Shown here one piece after another: positions 1 through 8,318 of a DNA stretch of 50,584 bases. A model generated the notes under the pieces. It saw only the letters and a list, made by a program, of their open reading frames with translations. It was not told the origin of the DNA and ran no database searches. The translations under genes and the position numbers were made by a program. The DNA comes from an uncultured Flavobacteriales bacterium (GTDB taxonomy: Bacteria; Bacteroidota; Bacteroidia; Flavobacteriales; UBA7312), in assembly GCA_963991165.1 (NCBI GenBank), contig CAXDOW010000003.1:1-50584 (forward strand), given 5' to 3'. Numbering within the stretch: the first letter of the stretch is position 1; each line of letters opens with the position of its first letter.

Positions 1-81
1 TGTCGGAAGTGGTAAAAAATCACCATGTGGTGTGGTGAGGTGCGTTATGCCAAGGTCTGCCATGGAAAGGAGAGGTATGGT

Positions 82-327
82 ATGGATAAGTTAATTTGTG
101 TTTTGTTGGGTGCTTCTTTAACTTATTTTGCAACTGTAGAAAACATAGATCACATGAAATCAATGTGGGAGACTGCTTATAAAATAGGATACGAAGATGG
201 TAAACGAGTTGCAAAAGCACAATATAAATGGACTGATGAGAGATTACGACAAGAATGTATGCTCTTACATTTTGAAGCAGACGAAGAACGTAGAAAAAGA
301 TTAGGACTTAAGGGGCTTGGGGAATAA
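82..327 (+). CDS. Hypothetical protein with N-terminal hydrophobic segment
   Basis: ORF 25..327; start moved to ATG at 82 downstream of AGGAGAGG; MDKLICVLLGASLTYF is hydrophobic. Confidence 0.55.
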   Translation: MDKLICVLLGASLTYFATVENIDHMKSMWETAYKIGYEDGKRVAKAQYKWTDERLRQECMLLHFEADEERRKRLGLKGLGE

Positions 328-708
328 TTTTGATTTTTTTAATTTTCTTTTTCGTTTCTTCTTTTTCAATAGTTCTTCACTCCAATGGAGTATTCTATGA
401 CAGTTTGCACAAAGAGGAACGCATTTATTAACTTCTTCCATAGCGGCTCGATACCGCTTATTTTTAATCAATTGATTAACTTTTGGGTTGTCTTTACTTC
501 TTACTACATGATGGAAATCTATAACAGCCGGGTGTTGCATACCACAATGGGAACACTTTTGAGATGCTTTAAATTCATCCCATTGTTTTTTATATTTCCT
601 TCTATTTTTATAAGCGTTTAATTTATGAGTAATTTTGTTTTTCTGATACCACTTTTTACCATACTCTCTAGCTTTTATTCTTCTTACTTCGGGGTCTTTG
701 TAAGGCAT
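301..708 (-). CDS. HNH endonuclease-like protein
   Basis: CSHCG...IDFHHV...CVPLCANCHRILH zinc-finger/HNH pattern; likely start MPYKDP at 708. Confidence 0.75.
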   Translation of the reverse strand: MPYKDPEVRRIKAREYGKKWYQKNKITHKLNAYKNRRKYKKQWDEFKASQKCSHCGMQHPAVIDFHHVVRSKDNPKVNQLIKNKRYRAAMEEVNKCVPLCANCHRILHWSEELLKKKKRKRKLKKSKLFPKPLKS

Positions 709-1097
709 TTTGTCCAGTATATTGTTTGCTCGTTCAACCCCCAAGGAGAAGAAGGCTCAATTATTTTATACTTACTACGTATTAAATTGTTTGCACTGGC
801 CGGATTTTCTGTTGTATCCGTTATTGACCAAGTATACCCTAGTTTACGAGCATGGCGTTCTCTTATTGATAACATCTTTCTCTGTAAACCTTTTCCTCTC
901 CAAGCTGGTAGAACTCCGCATCGAGACATGTACATAGCATCTTCCCACTGAGATGAAGGTCGTGATGAGCAAAACGCTGCGGATTGTTTACCATCAAAGC
1001 CTAACCACCAATAGCCTTCGTTGGTCGCCATTGGTTCGTCTTCTGGTAGACATGCTAATTGTAGGCTTGTTAATATATGCCTTACTTTAGTTGTCAT
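684..1097 (-). CDS. GNAT-family acetyltransferase
   Basis: Acetyl-CoA motif A-like CGVLPAWRGKGLQRKML and motif B-like NPASANNL; start probably MTTKVR at 1097 (track start 1124). Confidence 0.75.
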   Translation of the reverse strand: MTTKVRHILTSLQLACLPEDEPMATNEGYWWLGFDGKQSAAFCSSRPSSQWEDAMYMSRCGVLPAWRGKGLQRKMLSIRERHARKLGYTWSITDTTENPASANNLIRSKYKIIEPSSPWGLNEQTIYWTKCLTKTPK

Positions 1098-1134
1098 TGT
1101 ATAGATAAATTTAAATTTAACCACAGGAGAATGT

Positions 1135-1401
1135 ATGAGTTCTAATAAATCAATTATACAAGACCCCGATCAGATTCAATATGGTGGGGAACATTATAAA
1201 AAAATGACAGTCTCACCATGGGACGTAATAGATTCCTTTCCCAGAGAACAACGGATTGGTGCATACAGAGCCAACGCTATCAAGTATTTACTTAGAATGG
1301 GGTCAAAAGACGATTCTGTATTAGAGGTTAAAAAAGCAATCCATTATTTGAGAAAACTAGTAAAAGTCTTAGAAGATGACGCAAAACTACCTGACAATTG
1401 A
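1135..1401 (+). CDS. DUF3310-like phage protein (T7 gp1.7-related)
   Basis: QYGGEHYK...PWDVI...NAIKYLLRMGSK...KKAIHYL pattern; RBS AGGAGA at 1125. Confidence 0.75.
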   Translation: MSSNKSIIQDPDQIQYGGEHYKKMTVSPWDVIDSFPREQRIGAYRANAIKYLLRMGSKDDSVLEVKKAIHYLRKLVKVLEDDAKLPDN

Positions 1402-3220
1402 TTTTGAAACTTATTACGACAAAAAAACATATAGCTTAAGTAAACAGACTACCGAAGCATATATTAGAAGTCCTGAGTTTGAAGTCATTGGAGTTTCCGT
1501 ACAGTTTAACGATGAAAAACCTGAGTTTTTTACAGGCACATTTGAAGAGACTAAGAACTTTTTAGAACAGTTTGCTTGGGAAGATAGTGTGGCTATTGCA
1601 CATAACGCAATGTTTGATTCTGCTATTTTATCTTGGGTATACGATATATCTCCTTTGGTTTGGGCAGATACTTTATCTATGGCAAGAGCGATTCATGGTT
1701 TTGAAGTTGGTAATAGTCTAGCTAGACTTTCCGAGTTTTACGAACTAGGATGCAAAGGCACCGAGGTACATGATGCTAACGGCAAACGTAGAATTATGTT
1801 TACAGAAGAAGAGATGGTTCGATACGGAGAATACTGTTCAAACGATGTAGCTCTTACTTATAAGTTGTATCACGAACTGAAAAAGAATTTTGTACAAATA
1901 GAACTTGACCTGATTGATTTAACAATAAAGATGTTTTCAGACCCAGTCCTTCATGTTGATATTGCAGCCTTAGAAAAACATTTAGAAAACGTAAAGTCAA
2001 AAAAGGAGGAACTGTTAAACAATGCGGAAGCATCTAAAGAAGTTATTATGTCTAACGATAAGTTTGCCGAGGCTCTGTTGGCCTTAGATGTAACACCCCC
2101 AAAGAAAATATCTGCACGTACAGGCAAGGAAGCTTGGGCGTTTGCAAAAAGTGATAAAGAGTTTATGAATTTATTAGAGCATGAAGATATACGTGTGCAG
2201 AGTTTGATGTCAGCTAGATTAGGGGTGAAAACAACAATTGAAGAAACACGTACTGAGAGGTTTATAGGTATTGGTAAAAGAGGACTTCTCCCGGTGCCGT
2301 TAAAGTATTATGCGGCACACACAGGTAGGTGGGGTGGCACTGATAAAATCAACTTACAAAACTTACCATCAAGAGATGGCACATCAGGTATAAAAAAATC
2401 TATCGTGCCGCCAAAAAATTATTCTCTTATAAACTGTGATTCTTCTCAGATAGAAGCTAGAACTCTGGCTTGGTTTGCGATGCAACAAGATTTAATAGAT
2501 GCTTTTGCTGATGGTCAAGACGTATACAAGATTATGGCTTCTAAGATTTATGGTAAAGAAGTAGAAGATATTACGAAAGAAGAACGATTCTTTGGTAAGA
2601 CAGTGATTCTAGGTTGCGGTTATGGAATGGGGCACGTTAAATTCCAAGCCATGCTAAAACTTCAAAATATAAATATTGACTTAGAAGAATCAAAGCGAAT
2701 CATCACCGTATATAGAACTACTTATCCAAGAATAAAGAGTTTATGGTATGCGGCAAATAGTGCGTTGGATGATATGGTAAGAGGTACGAAGTGTGTGGTG
2801 GGTAGAAAAGGTATTATAGAACTGTGCAAAAATGGTTTTGTACTACCAAACCACATGAAGTTGATATACAACAACTTGACTGTGAAACAAGAAAGCGACT
2901 ACTCTTTTGGGGTTCGATCTGTATTTACCTACGATAGAAAGAAAAACGAAAAAGATGTGTATATATACGGTGGTAAGGTGGTCGAGAATATTGTTCAAGC
3001 GTTGGCTCGTTGTATTGTGGCGGAGCAGATACTAAAAGTCAGTAAGAAATACAAAGTAGTTTTGACAGTGCATGATGCTGTTACATGTTTAGTTAGAGAT
3101 AGAGAGATAGAGGAGGCAAAAAAGTATGTCGAAGAATGTATGCGATACGTCCCAGAGTGGGCAACAGGACTTCCAATCGACTGTGAACTTGGAGTCGGAA
3201 AGTCCTATGCAGAGTGCTAA
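1376..3220 (+). CDS. polA: Family A DNA polymerase with 3'-5' exonuclease domain
   Basis: Exo I IDFETY, Exo II AHNAMFD, Exo III YCSND; TGRW, NLQNLP, motif A DSSQIEAR, motif B RFFGKTVILGCGYG, motif C VHDA. Confidence 0.95.
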   Translation: MTQNYLTIDFETYYDKKTYSLSKQTTEAYIRSPEFEVIGVSVQFNDEKPEFFTGTFEETKNFLEQFAWEDSVAIAHNAMFDSAILSWVYDISPLVWADTLSMARAIHGFEVGNSLARLSEFYELGCKGTEVHDANGKRRIMFTEEEMVRYGEYCSNDVALTYKLYHELKKNFVQIELDLIDLTIKMFSDPVLHVDIAALEKHLENVKSKKEELLNNAEASKEVIMSNDKFAEALLALDVTPPKKISARTGKEAWAFAKSDKEFMNLLEHEDIRVQSLMSARLGVKTTIEETRTERFIGIGKRGLLPVPLKYYAAHTGRWGGTDKINLQNLPSRDGTSGIKKSIVPPKNYSLINCDSSQIEARTLAWFAMQQDLIDAFADGQDVYKIMASKIYGKEVEDITKEERFFGKTVILGCGYGMGHVKFQAMLKLQNINIDLEESKRIITVYRTTYPRIKSLWYAANSALDDMVRGTKCVVGRKGIIELCKNGFVLPNHMKLIYNNLTVKQESDYSFGVRSVFTYDRKKNEKDVYIYGGKVVENIVQALARCIVAEQILKVSKKYKVVLTVHDAVTCLVRDREIEEAKKYVEECMRYVPEWATGLPIDCELGVGKSYAEC

Positions 3221-3413
3221 CAAAGTGGCACTAGAGAATAGTAAACAAATGGTTACAGTTATACAACTTGTTGATAAGCTTAGACATTTTACGGCATTTA
3301 AACAATATGTAGATGCACAAAAGACAGCAGAAAAGCTTATAATAGAAGCTAGAATGTTACGAAACACATTCATACTTCTTGATGAGGAATCCAATGACAG
3401 AACAAAAGGTTAA
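3207..3413 (+). CDS. Hypothetical protein
   Basis: Fills gap between polA and nuclease, overlapping both; start MQSANK at 3207. Confidence 0.5.
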   Translation: MQSANKVALENSKQMVTVIQLVDKLRHFTAFKQYVDAQKTAEKLIIEARMLRNTFILLDEESNDRTKG

Positions 3414-4092
3414 TCTACCTTGGTCTTACAGTAGCTATGGGGTATTTCAGCAATGCCCTAAAAAGTATTATCACCTAAAGGTTATAAAGGATGTAAAAGA
3501 AGAGTCATCTACAGCCATGATGTATGGGAAAAGTGTCCACAGTGCGGCAGAACATTTTGTTGCAGATGGTACACCCATTCCTAAGAAATACGAATACATA
3601 CAAAAAGTTATGGAAAAGCTACGAGATAGAGAAGGCGATAAACACTGTGAAATTAAAATGGGTTTGACCGAATCTGGTGAACCTACTGGGTTTTCAAGTA
3701 AAGATGCTTGGTATAGATGCATTGCTGATTTACTAATTGTTGATGGTAAAGATGCTGTGCTAATAGATTACAAGACAGGAAAGTCAACACGATTTGCAGA
3801 CACTAAGCAGTTAGACTTACAGGCTCTTTGTGTATTTGCACATTTTCCTGAGTTAGAGAACATCAAAGCGGGGCTGCTATTTTTAGTTTGCAACGATATA
3901 ATTAAAAGAGAATATACTCGCTCGGACATTATAGGGATAATGGGAGAATGGACAGAAAAGTTTTCTCGTTTAAAAATCGCATACAAAGAAGGTATTTGGA
4001 ATCCAAAAGAAAACTTTACTTGCGAGAGGTATTGCCCAGTTGTAGAGTGTACTCATAACGGGAGACATTTATATCATGCCATATGTAAATAA
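3394..4092 (+). CDS. Cas4-like PD-(D/E)XK exonuclease (RecB family)
   Basis: WSYS...QCPKKY, IADLL...IDYKTGK, QLxxQ, C-terminal CxxxCPxxxC; 1+3 Cys layout typical of Fe-S Cas4/AddB nucleases. Confidence 0.85.
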   Translation: MTEQKVNLPWSYSSYGVFQQCPKKYYHLKVIKDVKEESSTAMMYGKSVHSAAEHFVADGTPIPKKYEYIQKVMEKLRDREGDKHCEIKMGLTESGEPTGFSSKDAWYRCIADLLIVDGKDAVLIDYKTGKSTRFADTKQLDLQALCVFAHFPELENIKAGLLFLVCNDIIKREYTRSDIIGIMGEWTEKFSRLKIAYKEGIWNPKENFTCERYCPVVECTHNGRHLYHAICK

Positions 4093-4393
4093 AAAACGAC
4101 CATATAAAAAAGAATACAAACAACAAAAAGAGCGTGGCGAACATAAGAATCGCATGGAACGCCAACGGGCTAGAAGAAAATTAGATAAAGAAAAGCCTGA
4201 TAGAAATAAAAATGGTAAAGCTGACATGCGTGAGGGTAAAGATGTAGCTCACAAAAAAGCTTTATCAAAGGGAGGAAGTAATAAGGACGGGGTAAAGGTG
4301 GTATCAAAATCAAAGAACCGTTCTTTTAGAAGGAACTCCAAACACAAATTAGTGTCAGAAAGGAGTAAGCGTGAATCAAAAGGAAAAGCATGA
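4076..4393 (+). CDS. Small basic HNH-like protein
   Basis: GKDVAHKKALSKGGSN...SKNRS resembles the minimal phage HNH motif. Confidence 0.6.
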   Translation: MPYVNKKRPYKKEYKQQKERGEHKNRMERQRARRKLDKEKPDRNKNGKADMREGKDVAHKKALSKGGSNKDGVKVVSKSKNRSFRRNSKHKLVSERSKRESKGKA

Positions 4394-5937
4394 GGATAAT
4401 AAACGAAAAAGGATTACTACTCAAATTAAAAAACCCGGGCATAGTATTAGATAACATAAATAAAAGTAAGTTAATAGAAGATGAGCAAGTTCTAGTTCGT
4501 TGGGGGTTAGAAGAATCACTAAAACTTAGAGAACTAAATTTTATAAACACACCCTCTCCCATCACCAGAGATTATAAATGGACAGGGTTTCACAAACCCA
4601 TGGAGCATCAGATAGATACAGCATCGTTTCTATCTATAAATAAAAGAGCGTTTTGTTTTAACGAGCAAGGTACAGGTAAAACTGCTTCTTGTATATGGGC
4701 GGCTGACTATCTTATGAATGAAGGATTAATAGATCGTGTACTAGTTATATGTCCTCTTTCTATTATGCAATCAGCATGGCAAGAAGATTTATTTAAGTTT
4801 GCGATGCACCGAACCTGTAGTGTTGCTTATGGAACTCCTAGAAAAAGAAGAGCAATCTTAGAAGAGGGGTCAGAATTTGTAATTATAAATTACGATGGAG
4901 TAGAGATATTAAGTGATGAAATTAAAGATCAGTTCGATTTAATTATTGTAGATGAAGCAAATGCTTACAAAAATTATTCGACTAAAAGATGGAAATGCTT
5001 GTATAAACTATTAAACGATAGTACATGGGTTTGGATGTTGACAGGTACACCCGCCGCACATTCCCCAGTAGATGCGTTTGGATTAGCTAGAATGATTGTC
5101 CCAGATAGAGTGCCTAGATTCATGGGGGCGTTCAAAGATAAAGTTATGCAGAGAATATCTCAATTCAAATGGATTCCTAGACCAGAAGCTGTAGATATAG
5201 TACATAACGTATTACAACCCTCTATTCGATTTACAAAAAAAGAGTGTTTAGATTTACCAGAAATAACTTATTTGACCAGACGTATACCACTAACAAAACA
5301 ACAAGATATATACAGAAACAAAATTAAAAAAGATAATTTAATCTTAGCAGCAGATGAATGTATATCAGCAGTCAATGCGGCGACTTTATTAAACAAACTC
5401 TTACAGCTCTCGTGTGGGGCAGTTTATTCAGATACTGGTGAGATCATATCATTTGATGGTGGTAATCGACTGCAGGAGCTACTTGCAGCAGTTAGAGAGT
5501 CATCTAATAAAGTCTTAATATTTGTGCCTTTCAAACACGCTATAGAGATCATATCCGAAGCACTTACAAAAGAAAAAATAACAAACGATATAATATCAGG
5601 AGAAGTTACCCCTAAGAAAAGAACAGGGATATTTTCAGCGTTTCAAGATAAACCTGACCCTAAAGTTCTAATAATACAACCACAGGCGGCGGCTCACGGC
5701 GTTACTTTAACTGCCGCAGACACAATTATCTGGTATGGGCCACCTCTTAGTTTAGAAACGTATTTACAAGCAAATGCACGTGCTCACAGAAAGGGGCAAA
5801 AAAATCCCTTAACAATCATAAACTTAGAAGGTAGCTATGAAGAGAGCAAAGTTTATGCGGCACTTATGAAAAAACAAAATATACATGAACAAATCGTGGA
5901 ACTTTTTAAGGAGAAAGTAGACAAAGTAAATAATTGA
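4390..5937 (+). CDS. SF2 (SNF2-like) DNA helicase
   Basis: Walker A EQGTGKT, motif Ia VICPLS, motif II IIVDEAN, motif III LTGTP, motif VI QANARAHRKGQ. Confidence 0.92.
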   Translation: MRIINEKGLLLKLKNPGIVLDNINKSKLIEDEQVLVRWGLEESLKLRELNFINTPSPITRDYKWTGFHKPMEHQIDTASFLSINKRAFCFNEQGTGKTASCIWAADYLMNEGLIDRVLVICPLSIMQSAWQEDLFKFAMHRTCSVAYGTPRKRRAILEEGSEFVIINYDGVEILSDEIKDQFDLIIVDEANAYKNYSTKRWKCLYKLLNDSTWVWMLTGTPAAHSPVDAFGLARMIVPDRVPRFMGAFKDKVMQRISQFKWIPRPEAVDIVHNVLQPSIRFTKKECLDLPEITYLTRRIPLTKQQDIYRNKIKKDNLILAADECISAVNAATLLNKLLQLSCGAVYSDTGEIISFDGGNRLQELLAAVRESSNKVLIFVPFKHAIEIISEALTKEKITNDIISGEVTPKKRTGIFSAFQDKPDPKVLIIQPQAAAHGVTLTAADTIIWYGPPLSLETYLQANARAHRKGQKNPLTIINLEGSYEESKVYAALMKKQNIHEQIVELFKEKVDKVNN

Positions 5938-5946
5938 TAATAAGAT
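5918..5946 (+). promoter_or_regulatory. Possible sigma70-type promoter
   Basis: TAGACA (5918-5923), 17 bp, TAAGAT (5941-5946) just upstream of gene 5957. Confidence 0.35.
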
Positions 5947-5956
5947 AGGAGAAGGT

Positions 5957-6349
5957 ATGAATATAAATGCAGATAAACTTTCACAAGTTTATGTGAAGAT
6001 GCGGGAGAAATTATACGAGATGCAACAAACTCACGAAGAACAACAAAATGCTTTAAAAGAAAAAATGCAAATCGTAGAAGCTGAGATGCTAACACTTTGT
6101 GAGAAAACTGGAGCGGATAGTATTAAGACTCCAAATGGTACGATTATGCGTACAACCAGAACCCGATTCTGGACTTCTGACTTTGACTCTCTATATGACT
6201 TTATTAGACAAAGAGATTGTTTTGATCTTTTAGAGCGTAGAGTTCATCAAGGTAATTTTAAAAGGTGGGTAGAGGATAATCCTGATGATTTACCAAAAGG
6301 TATGAATGAGGAGACTAGATACACCGTAACTGTACGTAAAAGAAAGTAA
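5957..6349 (+). CDS. Hypothetical replication-module protein (N-terminal coiled coil)
   Basis: Intact ORF with RBS AGGAG at 5947. Confidence 0.75.
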   Translation: MNINADKLSQVYVKMREKLYEMQQTHEEQQNALKEKMQIVEAEMLTLCEKTGADSIKTPNGTIMRTTRTRFWTSDFDSLYDFIRQRDCFDLLERRVHQGNFKRWVEDNPDDLPKGMNEETRYTVTVRKRK

Positions 6350-6356
6350 AAACTTA

Positions 6357-7037
6357 GTGAATAAGATTATCGTAAAAGATGGGTCTTTTTGCCTCGATCA
6401 AAATGGGGAAGTTACTACTTCTACTAAGAAAACATTAGACGTAATCATACTCAAACAATCTCCACATGTTAGTAGGATGTACCATGATGGGGAGCATTAC
6501 ATCTGTTGGTCTTACGATGGTATGAAGCCAGATAAAGAAGTTAATGAGAGACAGAATGTTACCTGTATAGGTTGTAAGAAAAACATCTCTGGTTCAGATG
6601 AAAATCTAACCAAAGCCTGTAAATATCAAAAACAATTAGCTGTATTGTTAAGCCACGACATGAAAGGCGATGTTTTTAAAATTAGTTTATCCGCTAGTTC
6701 TATATTTGGAGCGGCGAAAGGTAATAAGTTTTCGCTAGATGCCTACACAAAATATTTAAAGAACCATGGTGTAATACCAGAAAATGTTGTTACACAACTA
6801 AAAATTGATGAAGAATCAGAGTTTAATAAATTGTTGTTTTTTCCTAAAAGACCTTTAGAGGAGTATGAATATGATTTGTGTGTAGAGAAAAGTAAAACTC
6901 AAAAGAGTTTAGATGCAACTAAATTGCATTTCGTTAGTCATAAGAAAAACATCACAAAGGAAGATTTAGTTCTTAGTGATAAAGATAATATTTTAACTTT
7001 AACAGAAGCCATGGGAATGGCTGCCGACATTAAATAG
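6357..7037 (+). CDS. Cys-containing hypothetical protein, possible ssDNA-binding/recombination protein
   Basis: CWSYDG...CIGC...ACKY Cys cluster; position between helicase and primase; function inferred. Confidence 0.55.
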   Translation: MNKIIVKDGSFCLDQNGEVTTSTKKTLDVIILKQSPHVSRMYHDGEHYICWSYDGMKPDKEVNERQNVTCIGCKKNISGSDENLTKACKYQKQLAVLLSHDMKGDVFKISLSASSIFGAAKGNKFSLDAYTKYLKNHGVIPENVVTQLKIDEESEFNKLLFFPKRPLEEYEYDLCVEKSKTQKSLDATKLHFVSHKKNITKEDLVLSDKDNILTLTEAMGMAADIK

Positions 7038-7046
7038 GAGAAGTGT

Positions 7047-7991
7047 ATGTCAGAACTTGCAATAATGGATAAAGAAAATTTTGCATCAATTGCAAAAGAT
7101 ATGGGAATGTTAGCTGATGTTTCTGCGGGAAAGAAAAGCAGTCTAGCTAGATTAAAACTTGATCATAAAGGTGTTGAGGGTACAACTAATATTAAAGGTA
7201 AGAGTAAGACTGTATTGGTTGTAGACCCCGGGATGTATTGCCTTGATTTACCTGATGGCTCTAAGGTATATGATTCTAGTCCAACTATTCGTTTGTACAA
7301 TCAAAGGTTTTGCTACAAGAAGTATGTGCAAGCAGATAATACCTACGTGAAAACAATCATGGAACTTAATCTTAAAAAAGATTTACCTGATACAGATGGT
7401 GGATATAACTGTGGTAAACCTGCGGGATGGGTCGAAGATTATGATTCATTAGATCAAGCAACAAAAGATTTGATGAAATCAATCAAGAGAGTGCGTGTGT
7501 TTTTTGGTGTAGTTACATTCAACGACCCTTACAACGATAAGGGAGATGAAGTAGATAAAGTAGAAGTCCCATTTATCTGGGAGATTGACAACAGAGAAGC
7601 TTTCAAACATATGGGTGCTCCTGTAAAAACCATGGCTGGTATGGGACATATCCTTCCGCAACATACTTTGACTCTTGGTAGTGATGAGAAAATCATATCA
7701 AATACCATTCGTTATTTTGTACCAACGTATGAGTTCAATGAAAAGGTTTTAGATTTAACAAAAGAAGATCAAGAGATATTCAACAATTTTAATGATTGGA
7801 TAACTGATTACAATTCTTGGGTATCTAAAACTCATAACGATAATCGTGGGGGAGCAAACGGAGCATCTCCAGAAGTAATAGAAGCTCCAAAAGATCCTAC
7901 CCCTAAACCTACTCTTCGCTCCAGTAAAAAGGTTGAAGAAAAGTCAAAGCCGTCTTTAGAGACAGTAGTTGACGAATTTTTTGACGATTAA
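7047..7991 (+). CDS. Putative single-stranded DNA-binding protein
   Basis: Low-complexity linker and acidic/aromatic tail VDEFFDD typical of phage SSBs; RBS AGGAG at 7036. Confidence 0.55.
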   Translation: MSELAIMDKENFASIAKDMGMLADVSAGKKSSLARLKLDHKGVEGTTNIKGKSKTVLVVDPGMYCLDLPDGSKVYDSSPTIRLYNQRFCYKKYVQADNTYVKTIMELNLKKDLPDTDGGYNCGKPAGWVEDYDSLDQATKDLMKSIKRVRVFFGVVTFNDPYNDKGDEVDKVEVPFIWEIDNREAFKHMGAPVKTMAGMGHILPQHTLTLGSDEKIISNTIRYFVPTYEFNEKVLDLTKEDQEIFNNFNDWITDYNSWVSKTHNDNRGGANGASPEVIEAPKDPTPKPTLRSSKKVEEKSKPSLETVVDEFFDD

Positions 7992-7997
7992 CCGTAT

Positions 7998-8070
7998 CCA
8001 TACCATCCGCTAGGTATGGCTCCGAAAAGGTGGAAAACTCGTGCCGGACGAGGTTAGCGGAATCCGGCAC
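7998..8070 (+). ncRNA. Candidate structured RNA element (two hairpins with complementary loops)
   Basis: CCATACC/GGTATGG and GTGCCGGA/TCCGGCAC stems; loops contain TCCGCTA and TAGCGGA; strand uncertain. Confidence 0.55.
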
Positions 8071-8086
8071 CATTTAAAGGAGCGAC

Positions 8087-8317
8087 ATGATAGGCTACAC
8101 ACAATTACTAGCAACAAAGAACAGTGAAGCGGATCAGACTAATCTAGGTGTTCAACTTGGTAAGATCTGTATATACAAAAAAGTACCAGTTCAAACTGTT
8201 GCAAATTATTTTGGGGTATCAAGAGCGGCAGTATACGCTTGGTTTTCTGGAGAGTCTAAACCTAGAAAAAGCAAAGAACCTGAAATAAAAGAGTTTATAA
8301 GAAGTTTAGAGCAGTAG
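8087..8317 (+). CDS. Helix-turn-helix (Cro/XRE-like) protein
   Basis: VQTVANYFGVSRAAVYAWFSGESKP HTH signature; RBS AAGGAG. Confidence 0.85.
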   Translation: MIGYTQLLATKNSEADQTNLGVQLGKICIYKKVPVQTVANYFGVSRAAVYAWFSGESKPRKSKEPEIKEFIRSLEQ

Positions 8318-8318
8318 T

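Noticed and set aside
3394-4092. Cas4-like nuclease as sign of a CRISPR system
   Set aside because: No repeat-spacer array or other cas genes; solo Cas4-like nucleases are common in phage replication modules
7998-8070. Known riboswitch or ribozyme (c-di-GMP-I, pistol, hammerhead, HDV-like)
   Set aside because: Conserved core nucleotides and helix order of these classes could not be matched by eye; kept as an unclassified element
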